Source of the DNA: a virus
Lineage: Duplodnaviria > Caudoviricetes
Reading direction: 5' to 3' (one strand)
Length of the DNA stretch: 36,766 bases
IMG/VR virus record: IMGVR_UViG_3300025103_003763
Span: 1-36,766 of that record
Shown here: positions 1 to 9,649 of the stretch, piece by piece
Position numbering within the stretch: position 1 is the stretch's first letter
How the letters are laid out: each line of letters begins with the position of its first letter
Made by a program: the position numbers and the translations under genes
The notes under the pieces: model-generated
What the model was told of the DNA's origin: nothing
Databases searched by the model: none
What the model saw: the letters and a program-made list of their open reading frames with translations, nothing else

Positions 1-1
1 A

Positions 2-3000
2 TCTGAATTACAAAAAGCAGGAGTCACGCCGGGTGATCCGATAAAGGTAGGCGTGGTAAAGCTAGAATGTTTTCAAGACGCCGGAATGACTATTTCAGTT
101 AATGCAGGGAATTTAGCCAGTGTTGATTATAACCCTTCGTATTTTGATGTAATATTTGAAGCTCCTGACCCAAATCTTAAAAGACACGCTCGACTCACAT
201 TATGTTATGCAGGGGGAAACGGGTCAGAATTTATAAACGCAAATATTAACGGGTCAAACGGAGGAACAACATTACTTGCACCGTTCAGAGATTTTGTATT
301 AAAAGACATTCCCTTTGATGATTTAGGTTTATGCTGTAGCCCAAATACAATAGACGATCCAGAAGATTTAGGGGGGTGCGCGATGTTCCAGTACCAAGCT
401 CATACTGGGACGTTAAAATTTAAAGGTGACGAATATGCAAGTTATCATACTTGTTTCGCAATAGAAGAGGTGGCAGGGCCGGGGGAGAATGACGAATTTT
501 TATCGAGAAATGGAGGCAGTTCGTATAGTTACGATTCTAGCAGACTATTACAAACTGGAAGATGCGGAACAGCAGGAGACTCTACATGCCCCAAACCAAA
601 CGGTCAAATCCAGTGTTGCAGCGGTACAGGAAAGGGTGACTGTGTCCCTGAAAATTCAGCTTGGTTTCAGGAGACAGCTATGAAGTTTGTTATTGCCATC
701 GGCTTTGACCCTCGCTCCCTTCAAGGTGGAACTTTTTTATGCTCTTCCGTAGACAAGAATAATAAGCAGAGGATGGGTAAATATGTCTGGAAAAGATATA
801 CCGCGCATGGAATGCGTAAAGGTCAAAGAGTGCATGGAGTTGCCAACACAGTATTTGAAGAAAATGCCCAAGAGGAAGTTACTGTTTGGGACACTAAGAT
901 TGACGGATCAATCCTGCAAATAGAGAGTTTCATGACGGTTACTCAAGATACGATTTACGAAGCTCAAGAAATTTGGCGGCAAATGTTTACAGTATTTGAT
1001 CCTGACAGTGAGTATAGGGAAATTTTAGAAGCAGAAGCTGGAAATCGGTCTTCCGGCGCAGTTGTTCCACAAGATGGAGAATTAAGAAAGTTAGCTTTAG
1101 AGAAGTTGACGACCATAGCCCAATCAATGGGTTTTGCCATTGAGGGTGATAATTTTGTTTACGGTATGACCTTAAGTGCTACTGACACAGACGGCCCAAC
1201 GACCTCACAGCAAACCATGACCGTAGAAGCAAGAGTGTCTTACGATAATATTCTTAAAGATATTGTTGACCCAAACGGAAGTACGCTGAAGAAGGATGTT
1301 GTGAGTGTTGACGTTAAGTATTCCGTCGATGGAGCCATAAAAAGACACGCATACGTTGACCAAAATGGGAATCGACAGATTGAAGACTACGACCCAAGCT
1401 CCGCTTATTCCGCTCAAGTAATTAGCGTCGGAGTCTCCCATAAAATGTACTTCATGAATGATTGGTATTTTGAGTACAATGTTGGAAGTTCCAGCACTAC
1501 GACAACAACCATAAATGGAGAAGAAAAAACTGCAGAAGTATTTGCTAACATGTCTTTGCAAAAGAAATTTTTTGAAGACAGATTTATTTTTAACACTTCC
1601 TTAGATGCATCTGGCAACTTTGCTTTAGGGGTAAAAATTAATGGTAGTAAATTTCAAGCATCAGCAGGTAAAGCAAAATTTACACCACAAGCTGGGGTAG
1701 TTTGGCAGAATGGAGAATTTGCACCAACGCTTGGATGTAGTATTCTCTACGGAGAATCTATAAAAGTTAATTACAATGCCCTAACGGGTGGAGCTAAGTT
1801 CTTATTTAACTATTGCCTTAAAGGGGGGCCAATTCAAGGTCAAAATTACGACCTAACAATGAAAATTTTTGGGTCACATGATACATTAACGGGTGCTTCC
1901 CAAGCTGGATTTGACGTTACGTACAATCATGCCATTTTAAATTTTAAAACTCTTAAATCTAAAATATACTTTAAATCAAATGCAAGAGCGGTACTCGGCG
2001 TAAATGTTCCCCAAAGTGGGCTTTTGGCAACAGGAGGTATTTCTTTTGATGTGGGAGCAAGTGTTGCACTTGTTTATCAAGCCAGTTGGTTAAAGCATCT
2101 TGATATTCCATTTATCATTGGGTTCGGTCCAGCAGCAGGGTTTGCTTTAAGCTCTTACAATGGAGCCAGAGGTTTAGCTGGTCAAGGTATGGGGGGGACC
2201 GCTTTCGATATGGTCATGGGTCCATTCTATATATCTTTTCAAATAGTTGATCAATTCCGTCACGAAATGGAAATAAGGCATCACGCTTTCATGCATGACG
2301 TGCCCGTTTTAGGAAAACTAACTAGTTTAATTCCGGGGCTCTCAACTTTAGGAGACAAAGAGACAACGCAGGAATATATTGCGAGAGTTATACCAACAAG
2401 AACAGCTAGAATTATTGAAATATGTAAAGGTCAATATGATACACATGCAGTAAAAGAAATTGCCAACTTAGATTTGCAAGTTGAGAGCAACTTGCAAAGC
2501 TCAAACCCGTTAGTAACAGTTGATGATACGGGACAGGTAGCTCAATTCAGTAGTTTAAATGCGTGTGATAAATCAATAGTGTTATACCACGCAAAGTTTA
2601 GGGAGAAAAAGAAATGGTTTGAAGATAATACTTTTTGTGATTTCTTGGACACTTGCTTTAATTCGGCAAGAATGACCGCTGTGGCGGGTGCTGGATTAAG
2701 TGCTTATCAACGCGTTGCTGATGGAGCATTTTGGGACCATGAAAAAGATAAGGAGGAGAGCGGGGCTTACACAAATAGAGTTCAAAATGTTGCTGAGATG
2801 ATGAATACTGAAACGGAAACGTTTGACGTATTGAGAGATACCAATGATCCAGACGAAATCAGAAGACGAGCAGCACAGGTTTCCGGAAGTCTTTTAAATA
2901 AACTAGTTAGAGTCGCTAATCCGATTAGAGCTTTACAAGCGGTAGCCCGATTATTTTTTACCATAGTCTCCACAATTGCCCAATTACTAAAAGTTGTGAT

Positions 3001-4435
3001 CACGTTAGGAACTTTGGGGGCAGCCCGAAGATTTATTGATAGGTCATGTCCAGAACTAAGAAAAGTACAAGCTTCTCAAGCTAAACTCGCTGAAAAAACA
3101 TTAGCCACTTATACTCAAATTACTAATTGCGGAGGCAACACAAAACTGCATAACTGTTCAGATTTTCTAGATAATTGTTTAATTCTAGGAAAAGCGATGG
3201 ACATGCTCAGGACGATGAGGTATGAGTTTTTGACAATGATTGGGGATATGGGGCTCGTTGATCTTAATCAAGCGTATAATCCAACCGCAATCGATAACGG
3301 CATTGCTGCAGGTTGCAATGCTGATGATTGGACGGGATGTAGCGCAGCATTAGAGGCAGCTTTCAGAGATGCTTGGCAGCACGGCATAACGCACGGCAAC
3401 AAGAGAGACGCGTTAGCGGAACTTGGAGCGATACGAGCTATGATGACAACCGGGGCAGGGGCCGACCTTAATAGGGTATGCGGAGTTAATCCCGTAGACA
3501 TTTGGGACAAAATAGAAGGACCAGATGGGACACCCGCTTGTGACGAAGTGGAAGATTGGGCAAGAGATGATCAAGCACCTAAAGTTAGGCAAAGAGTCAA
3601 TAGTACATTTAGCGAAGTTGACACTAGAGGCAGAGCTAACCCATGTAAGGTCATAGATGCTTATAATGGTTGGTACTCTGGGCAGTTGGTCATGCTTGAG
3701 AGATGGTATATTGGGATAATGAAAATCCTTAATAACCCTTTAGCTACACAACTTACTTGGGACGCGACACCTAGGGATTTTGGTAATGGTAGTTTTACGA
3801 GCGTAAAGGACGCTCAAGACTGGTGTAAGGCGGTAAGGGATCAAATTTGTTACGTGCAGACCGGCGGCAAGGGGCATAGTGCTTTACAATGGATTAAAAG
3901 GTATGAAGTTAAATCCGCAGCGTTCAGCCGTGCGAGGGGTTACACAAATTTAACCCCAGAAGATAAAGAGCGTGTTGATAATTGCGTTGGCCTTACGGGC
4001 GTATGGGTAAAATCTTTAAGATTTGAAGTGATAGCTAGGAATATAGCTGTTTATAAATCTATTGAGGACGATCATTACGAAGAGCATGGCCGGGATGAAT
4101 CCAAGGCAGAGACCATTAAAGCTAGATTATCAAGTGTTTGGTCAAGTTCGCCGTACGCGGTAGGGGGAAATGATTTATTTTGGAGCGATCACGAGGGATA
4201 CATTGATGTGATTTATTTTGGTACATTACCCTCGTCATCAGCAAGAGAAACCAACCTTGCTAAGGCTTTCGGAAAAAGTAGCAGTGGCCGAGCTTCGGCC
4301 ATGGGGTTACATAGGGTGACTGGTGAAATAAATGGGGTCATTGGGATGAAAACTAGTATAATCCCCACAATCAATGACAGACAAAATTGTTACTATTGCG
4401 AGGATCGTTATAACCTTATAGGTAGAATACCTTAA
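2..4435 (+). CDS. Very large Cys-rich hypothetical protein (5' partial), probable virion/structural protein with a central amphipathic beta-strand region
   Basis: The frame is open from base 2 (SELQKAGVTPGDPIKVGV...) upstream of the track's GTG at 53, so the true start lies outside the window. Many Cys in the N- and C-terminal thirds, alternating hydrophobic/polar strands at about 1400-2260, hydrophobic helix at about 2910-3030. No recognisable enzyme motif. Confidence 0.75.
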   Translation, partial: SELQKAGVTPGDPIKVGVVKLECFQDAGMTISVNAGNLASVDYNPSYFDVIFEAPDPNLKRHARLTLCYAGGNGSEFINANINGSNGGTTLLAPFRDFVLKDIPFDDLGLCCSPNTIDDPEDLGGCAMFQYQAHTGTLKFKGDEYASYHTCFAIEEVAGPGENDEFLSRNGGSSYSYDSSRLLQTGRCGTAGDSTCPKPNGQIQCCSGTGKGDCVPENSAWFQETAMKFVIAIGFDPRSLQGGTFLCSSVDKNNKQRMGKYVWKRYTAHGMRKGQRVHGVANTVFEENAQEEVTVWDTKIDGSILQIESFMTVTQDTIYEAQEIWRQMFTVFDPDSEYREILEAEAGNRSSGAVVPQDGELRKLALEKLTTIAQSMGFAIEGDNFVYGMTLSATDTDGPTTSQQTMTVEARVSYDNILKDIVDPNGSTLKKDVVSVDVKYSVDGAIKRHAYVDQNGNRQIEDYDPSSAYSAQVISVGVSHKMYFMNDWYFEYNVGSSSTTTTTINGEEKTAEVFANMSLQKKFFEDRFIFNTSLDASGNFALGVKINGSKFQASAGKAKFTPQAGVVWQNGEFAPTLGCSILYGESIKVNYNALTGGAKFLFNYCLKGGPIQGQNYDLTMKIFGSHDTLTGASQAGFDVTYNHAILNFKTLKSKIYFKSNARAVLGVNVPQSGLLATGGISFDVGASVALVYQASWLKHLDIPFIIGFGPAAGFALSSYNGARGLAGQGMGGTAFDMVMGPFYISFQIVDQFRHEMEIRHHAFMHDVPVLGKLTSLIPGLSTLGDKETTQEYIARVIPTRTARIIEICKGQYDTHAVKEIANLDLQVESNLQSSNPLVTVDDTGQVAQFSSLNACDKSIVLYHAKFREKKKWFEDNTFCDFLDTCFNSARMTAVAGAGLSAYQRVADGAFWDHEKDKEESGAYTNRVQNVAEMMNTETETFDVLRDTNDPDEIRRRAAQVSGSLLNKLVRVANPIRALQAVARLFFTIVSTIAQLLKVVITLGTLGAARRFIDRSCPELRKVQASQAKLAEKTLATYTQITNCGGNTKLHNCSDFLDNCLILGKAMDMLRTMRYEFLTMIGDMGLVDLNQAYNPTAIDNGIAAGCNADDWTGCSAALEAAFRDAWQHGITHGNKRDALAELGAIRAMMTTGAGADLNRVCGVNPVDIWDKIEGPDGTPACDEVEDWARDDQAPKVRQRVNSTFSEVDTRGRANPCKVIDAYNGWYSGQLVMLERWYIGIMKILNNPLATQLTWDATPRDFGNGSFTSVKDAQDWCKAVRDQICYVQTGGKGHSALQWIKRYEVKSAAFSRARGYTNLTPEDKERVDNCVGLTGVWVKSLRFEVIARNIAVYKSIEDDHYEEHGRDESKAETIKARLSSVWSSSPYAVGGNDLFWSDHEGYIDVIYFGTLPSSSARETNLAKAFGKSSSGRASAMGLHRVTGEINGVIGMKTSIIPTINDRQNCYYCEDRYNLIGRIP

Positions 4436-4439
4436 GTTA

Positions 4440-4468
4440 TTGACTCACATTTTTATTGCTGCTATAAA
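4440..4468 (+). promoter_or_regulatory. sigma70-like promoter, leaderless, for the replication operon
   Basis: TTGACT (4440-4445), 17-nt spacer, TGc-TATAAA (extended -10, 4463-4468); ATG at 4475 lies 6 nt downstream. Confidence 0.7.
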
Positions 4469-4474
4469 TTTTCG

Positions 4475-5983
4475 ATGTCGAATCTTCACTCTGTTCGCTT
4501 GGAAAGACACGCTTTGTCGGGAATTTTGCAACATCCGACAGTGTTTTCTAACGTCCAGAGCTACTTGTCCGAAAAGAGTTTTCATTCCTCACTTCATGAA
4601 ACAATATTTTTAGTAGCAAAGCAGTCTTTATTAAATCAAGAAAAATTAGATAAAGTTTTAATTGCTAATAAAATTAAAAATTTAGGAGCCTCTTTTGATG
4701 ATGAAGTAAATGTTTTTGATTATGTAGAAAATTTATTTTTATCAGTTATAAATGAAGAAGCCGCGCAAGAAGCGTGTGATGAAGTTTCAAAACTCTACAA
4801 GTGTAGAGAATTAGATAAAGTCTTACAGGATTCCAGAAGTCACATTAAAGATAATCTAAATGAGAGCTTCAGTAATATAGCTTCTGGGTGTGATGCTATT
4901 TACGGTAACCAAGACCTTACAGATGACCTCGAAGATAAACCTATGCAACCCTTTCTAGAAATGAAAGATGAGCTAGAGGAGAGGGGCAATAACCCTCAAG
5001 ATGAAGAGGGAATCAAAACTCCTTACGAAAAATTTAATTATTTTTTCGGGGGGCTTAAATCGGGAAATCTTTATTCTATTATAGCTAGACCGAAGCAAGG
5101 GAAAAGTACTTGGCTAAATGACATATGTTATAAAACTGCAAAAATAAATAATATAAAATGTCTTATCCTTGATACTGAAATGCCGACAAAAGAGGTGATG
5201 TTTAGAATGGCTTCAGCTAGAACGGGAGTTCCGCTTTGGTATTTAAGCACGGGTAATTATAAAGATAACCCTGACATGTTTAAGAAAGTTACTGCTGTAT
5301 GGGACGAGTTCAGGGAAGACGGTTTCTATTATCATTACCATGTAAGAAATAGAACTATTGACGAAATCGCCTCTCTGATACGTAGGTGGTATTACAAAGA
5401 AGTCGGAAAAGGTAATCAGTGTGTTATAGCTTATGATTATATTAAACTTACAGGAGAAAAACTTGGGGCAAATTGGGCAGAGCATCAAGTAATAGGTGGT
5501 AAAATAGACTCTTTAAAAAGGATTGCGGAGGAGATTAATGCTCCAGTTATCACAGCACTTCAGCAAAATAGAAGTGGAGATACTTTTGGGAAAGATGCTT
5601 TGTCTATTGTGGATGACTCAACAACAGCAGCTTTGTCAGATAGAATTAACTGGTTTGCTACACTAGTTGCCATTTTTAGAAAAAAGACTCCAGAAGAAAG
5701 AGAGCTAGACGGAGAAGAATTTGGGACACATAAGCTAATTCCTGTTGAAATTAGAAGCATGGGAAAAGCTTCCGAGACATATCAAGACAGCTTAAGAAGA
5801 ACTATAGTGCAGGAGGTTCACGGGAGAAGGATAGAAACTACAAAATATTTTAAAAATTATATTAATTTTGAAGTTAATAAATTTGATATAGATGAAAAGC
5901 AGAGCTTGAGAGAAGTCATTGACAGGGAAAATGAAATCTTTAATGATCAAGACTCTGACCCTAACGATCTTGGGCTTTTATAA
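4475..5983 (+). CDS. dnaB: Replicative DNA helicase, DnaB family
   Basis: N-terminal DnaB domain (ERHALSGILQHP...FHSSLHETIF), Walker A ARPKQGKST, catalytic DTEM, Walker B-like YDYIKL, ALQQNR motif. Confidence 0.92.
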   Translation: MSNLHSVRLERHALSGILQHPTVFSNVQSYLSEKSFHSSLHETIFLVAKQSLLNQEKLDKVLIANKIKNLGASFDDEVNVFDYVENLFLSVINEEAAQEACDEVSKLYKCRELDKVLQDSRSHIKDNLNESFSNIASGCDAIYGNQDLTDDLEDKPMQPFLEMKDELEERGNNPQDEEGIKTPYEKFNYFFGGLKSGNLYSIIARPKQGKSTWLNDICYKTAKINNIKCLILDTEMPTKEVMFRMASARTGVPLWYLSTGNYKDNPDMFKKVTAVWDEFREDGFYYHYHVRNRTIDEIASLIRRWYYKEVGKGNQCVIAYDYIKLTGEKLGANWAEHQVIGGKIDSLKRIAEEINAPVITALQQNRSGDTFGKDALSIVDDSTTAALSDRINWFATLVAIFRKKTPEERELDGEEFGTHKLIPVEIRSMGKASETYQDSLRRTIVQEVHGRRIETTKYFKNYINFEVNKFDIDEKQSLREVIDRENEIFNDQDSDPNDLGLL

Positions 5984-6900
5984 TGGAGGAGGAAATCAGA
6001 GATGTTTTAACAGGGCTGGGCTATACCCTTAGAGATAATGGTAAAGAGTTTCGCGCTCGACCCATTTACAGAGATTCCGGAAATGATAACTCTTTAGTTA
6101 TAAAGAAGGATAATGGGTTTTGGATAGATTACAGTGAGAATGTAAGAGGATTTTTACCAGACTTAGTAAAGATAACTTTAAATTTAAACGATATATCTGA
6201 GGCTAAAGAGTATTTAGAAAAAAATGGTTTTGATTTAGAAAGGAAAGAGGAACCTAAGCCTAAAATAAAAGATAGAAGAATCTTTCCAAAGGAGTACCTC
6301 GATGAGCTTTTGCCAGACCATAAATACTGGATAGACAGAGGCATTTCTAAAGATACTTTACGCTTATTTAAAGGGGGGGTTTGTGGTAAAGGCATGATGA
6401 AGAATAGATATGTATTCCCCATTTTTGACTCTAAAGAAAAGCTAGTTGGCTATAGCGGTAGATATATATATGAAAGAAAAAAGAAATCTTTACCCAAATG
6501 GCTGCATCGAGGAGATAAAGGATACTGGAAGTACCCTTTGTTTTTAAATTTTGAAATTTTAAAAAATTCTAATTATGTAATTTTAGTAGAAAGCATCGGA
6601 GACATGCTTTCCTTATGGGAGGCGGGAGTAAAAAATGTCATTGTTGTTTTTGGTATAGATGTAAGCTTGGGGATATTAAATTTTCTGATTAGATTTGATA
6701 TAGATAAAATAGTGATTGCATTCAATAACGATAAAGATAATAATCTGGTAGGGAATCGCGCTGCAGAAAAAGCAAAAAATAAGTTTTTAAAGTACTTTGA
6801 CGAAAATCAGATAGCAATTCATTTACCTGATGTTAAGAATGACTTTGGGGAAATGTCGAAGGAAGAGATTATAGAATGGCAGAAAAAAATAAAAATGTAG
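5983..6900 (+). CDS. dnaG: DNA primase, DnaG-like (TOPRIM)
   Basis: YWIDRGIS, RYVFPI...VGYSGR, PKWLH, TOPRIM ILVESIGDMLSL and AFNNDKD...GNRAA; TAATG-coupled to the helicase. Confidence 0.85.
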   Translation: MEEEIRDVLTGLGYTLRDNGKEFRARPIYRDSGNDNSLVIKKDNGFWIDYSENVRGFLPDLVKITLNLNDISEAKEYLEKNGFDLERKEEPKPKIKDRRIFPKEYLDELLPDHKYWIDRGISKDTLRLFKGGVCGKGMMKNRYVFPIFDSKEKLVGYSGRYIYERKKKSLPKWLHRGDKGYWKYPLFLNFEILKNSNYVILVESIGDMLSLWEAGVKNVIVVFGIDVSLGILNFLIRFDIDKIVIAFNNDKDNNLVGNRAAEKAKNKFLKYFDENQIAIHLPDVKNDFGEMSKEEIIEWQKKIKM

Positions 6901-7904
6901 GACAAATACTGTCAGCGTCAAAAATAAAAACTTTTGAGGATTGTAGTTGGACTTACTGGGCTAAGTATCATCTTAAACTTCCTGACCAAGCCAATGAAGG
7001 TTCTGCTAGAGGTTCTATTTGTCACCTTATATTTGAGCTTTTAATGAAGGATCGTCACAGAAAATATTATGACGCTATATTAAAAGATCATTCTATAGAA
7101 AATTGTCCAGCAATAATTCGTCTTATAAATAAACATTTAAATAATTATAATTTTAATACAAAAGACAATTATGAGCTAATTGATAAAATGATTTACGTTG
7201 GCTTAAATAATGATTTTTTCGAAGAAGGGGGAAAGCTGGGTGAAGCTGAAGTAGGCTTTATGATAGAGAATAAGCGTTTAAAATATAAAATAAGAGGATT
7301 TATAGATAAACATGCTTTTCATGGAGATACTTTAATAATCACTGACTATAAATCTAGCAAAGGTAAATTCAAAGGAGACGGGCTACACGCTAACGGTCAA
7401 GCTATGATGTACACGTTAGCTGGAAGAAAATTAAAGAAAGGGATTAAGAGGATCAAAGTTCGATTTCTTTTTTTAAGATTCCCTAGAGCTCCAATTCAAG
7501 AGCTTGAGTTTACTAAAGATGAAATATCTGGATTTGAGCATTACTTATCTTATATAAATGAAGTCGTAAATAACTTCAGCCAACAGGACGCAACTTCTAA
7601 TTATGCAGCGGATAAAGCTGAGACAAAATGGTTTTGTGCTGCTGGTAAAACTTGGGTCTGCCCCTTGAGAGACTCATATGATTTTTACGCTTTATATGAT
7701 GAAAACGATAAACTATTAAAGACTTCAAAAAAGGATGATTTAGTAGCGGGAGACAAACAAAAAGTAAAGAAAATGACTTACTTGGGATGCCCTAGACATC
7801 ACGCGAATGACGCCTCTAATGTCATCGTAGATTACAGCGAGAAAGCTGAAGCCGCCAAGGTGGAAGTTAATAATAAAAAAGACCCTTTTGATTTTGATGT
7901 TTAA
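6876..7904 (+). CDS. PD-(D/E)xK nuclease (Cas4/RecB/AddB-like)
   Basis: LSASKIKTFEDC N-terminal motif, RGSICH, RGFID...ITDYKS, QAMMY (RecB-family QxxxY), C-terminal cysteines. Confidence 0.85.
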   Translation: MAEKNKNVGQILSASKIKTFEDCSWTYWAKYHLKLPDQANEGSARGSICHLIFELLMKDRHRKYYDAILKDHSIENCPAIIRLINKHLNNYNFNTKDNYELIDKMIYVGLNNDFFEEGGKLGEAEVGFMIENKRLKYKIRGFIDKHAFHGDTLIITDYKSSKGKFKGDGLHANGQAMMYTLAGRKLKKGIKRIKVRFLFLRFPRAPIQELEFTKDEISGFEHYLSYINEVVNNFSQQDATSNYAADKAETKWFCAAGKTWVCPLRDSYDFYALYDENDKLLKTSKKDDLVAGDKQKVKKMTYLGCPRHHANDASNVIVDYSEKAEAAKVEVNNKKDPFDFDV

Positions 7905-8661
7905 CGTTATCCCTTTATTTAAATCTCACTACAGCATAGGTAGGAGCATACTGACTCTTAACGAGTTAGGGGAAAACAAAAGTTTTGGTGCTGACTCTAT
8001 CTTTGACATCCTTAAAGAAAATAAAGTGAAAGACCTTTTTCTTCTAGAGGATAACTTGAGCGGATTTTTACAAGCTTATTTAAACTCTAAAGAAGCAAAA
8101 GCGGAGCTACATTATGGGCTTAGAATTTCTTTATGTAATGACGTAGAAGACAAAAGCCCTGAGTCTTTAAAGAAAACGTGCAAGTTCGTTATTTTTATAA
8201 AAAATACTGAAGGCTATCATGATTTGATTAAGATTTATTCTTTCGCAGCCAAAGACGGCTTTTATTATTACCCTAGGATTGATTATAAATCTTTAAAGAA
8301 ATTTTGGACACCGAACTTGATGTTGTGCGTCCCGTTTTACGACTCTTTTATTTTTAACAATTGCCTTCATGACTCTTTATGTATTCCAGAGATTGATTTT
8401 ACTGACCCAATATTTTTTCTGGAAGATAATGACTTACCGTTTGATAATTTAATTTCGGAAAAGGTAAAGGTTTATGCCGAAGGAAAGTTTAAGACTTTAA
8501 AAACTCAAAGTATCTTTTACAAAAACAGAGAAGATTTTAAAGCATACCTGACTTTTAGATGCATTAACAATAGGAGTACGTTAAATAAACCGGGACTAGA
8601 TCATATGTGTAGTGATGAATTTTGTTTCGAAAGTTGGAAGGAAAAAAATGGTTCCGTTTAG
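7897..8661 (+). CDS. Stand-alone PHP domain of DNA polymerase III alpha (degenerate metal site)
   Basis: FKSHYSIGRSIL resembles the DnaE HSxYSLLDG start; FIKNTEGYHDLIKIYS...GFYYYPRIDY is the typical DnaE PHP segment. ATG 7897 is preferred to the track's TTG 7888. Confidence 0.8.
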   Translation: MFNVIPLFKSHYSIGRSILTLNELGENKSFGADSIFDILKENKVKDLFLLEDNLSGFLQAYLNSKEAKAELHYGLRISLCNDVEDKSPESLKKTCKFVIFIKNTEGYHDLIKIYSFAAKDGFYYYPRIDYKSLKKFWTPNLMLCVPFYDSFIFNNCLHDSLCIPEIDFTDPIFFLEDNDLPFDNLISEKVKVYAEGKFKTLKTQSIFYKNREDFKAYLTFRCINNRSTLNKPGLDHMCSDEFCFESWKEKNGSV

Positions 8662-9013
8662 GCCAAAGAAAGTAGAAAAAGATTGGGGCCACGAAACATG
8701 GTTAGCCAATAATGAGGGGGAAGATTACTGTGGTAAGATTCTTTTTATTAAACAGGGGTGTCATAGCTCAATGCACTATCATGTAGATAAGCATGAGACA
8801 TTTTATGTCCTAGAAGGTGTTTTACGTGTGGACATGCTGCACAATAAAGAAGAGCCAAATCATCATCCGTTTACTATGACCTGTAGACAGGGCGAAAGCA
8901 TGGAGATGGAGAGAGGTCAAGCTCATATGTTAATGGCTCAAGACGGGGATGTAACGCTTATTGAAATAAGTAAATTCCATAGAGATGAAGATAGCTATAG
9001 GCTTTTTAGATGA
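8648..9013 (+). CDS. Cupin-domain protein (mannose-6-phosphate isomerase type II / sugar isomerase-like)
   Basis: VEKDWGHE, SSMHYHVDKHETFYVLEG and downstream AH cupin metal ligands; ATG 8648 overlaps the previous gene end (track start 8612). Confidence 0.8.
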   Translation: MVPFRPKKVEKDWGHETWLANNEGEDYCGKILFIKQGCHSSMHYHVDKHETFYVLEGVLRVDMLHNKEEPNHHPFTMTCRQGESMEMERGQAHMLMAQDGDVTLIEISKFHRDEDSYRLFR

Positions 9014-9648
9014 GTAATAAATTATTTAAATTTGATTCAGATACCGTTTATACTTTTGTAGACTGCGAGACCCTTAACCTTTGTCTTCATTCTTGCCATA
9101 ATCTTCCTTGGCAAATTGCAATGATTAAAGTTAAAGGTAATAAAAAAATCGATGAAAAAGATTTTTATATTAAGTGGGATACAGATTTAAAGATAAGTAA
9201 CGAAGCCGCCCGAATCACAAGGTACAGTCAAAGCAAAATAGATAAAGACGGGATTAAACCAGAAGAAGCTTTCCCGACAATTGATGATTGGTTTATTAAT
9301 TGTGATTACATTGTGGGTCATAATGTTTTAGGTTTTGATATCTATTTAATTAAATCTCTTTATAAACTTTTTGGAAAAGATTATAATTTTATCACAAATA
9401 AAGTCGTAGATACGTTAAGTATTGCAAGAGGTTATAAGCTTGGAATTAATTATGATTTAAGTAATTCTTTTTTGGAGTATCAATATAAAATGCTCCACAC
9501 TAGAAGAAAGGGGGTAAGGACAAACCTTACCGCATTAGGAAAAGAATTTAATATAGATCATAATTACGAAAAGCTACACAATGCTATTGTGGACTTGGAG
9601 CTAAATTTAAAAGTTTGGAATACCTTAAAAGCAAAAACATCTATGTAA
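9010..9648 (+). CDS. dnaQ: 3'-5' exonuclease, DEDDh family (DnaQ/epsilon-like proofreading subunit)
   Basis: ExoI FVDCET, ExoII GHNVLGFD, ExoIII LHNAIVDL. Confidence 0.88.
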   Translation: MSNKLFKFDSDTVYTFVDCETLNLCLHSCHNLPWQIAMIKVKGNKKIDEKDFYIKWDTDLKISNEAARITRYSQSKIDKDGIKPEEAFPTIDDWFINCDYIVGHNVLGFDIYLIKSLYKLFGKDYNFITNKVVDTLSIARGYKLGINYDLSNSFLEYQYKMLHTRRKGVRTNLTALGKEFNIDHNYEKLHNAIVDLELNLKVWNTLKAKTSM

Positions 9649-9649
9649 T

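Noticed and set aside
53-55. GTG at 53 as the start of the giant ORF
   Set aside because: The same frame is open back to base 2, so the start is most likely upstream of the window.
6876-7904. CRISPR-Cas locus suggested by the Cas4-like nuclease
   Set aside because: No repeat-spacer array and no cas1/cas2/effector genes in the window; solo PD-(D/E)xK nucleases are common in phage replication modules.
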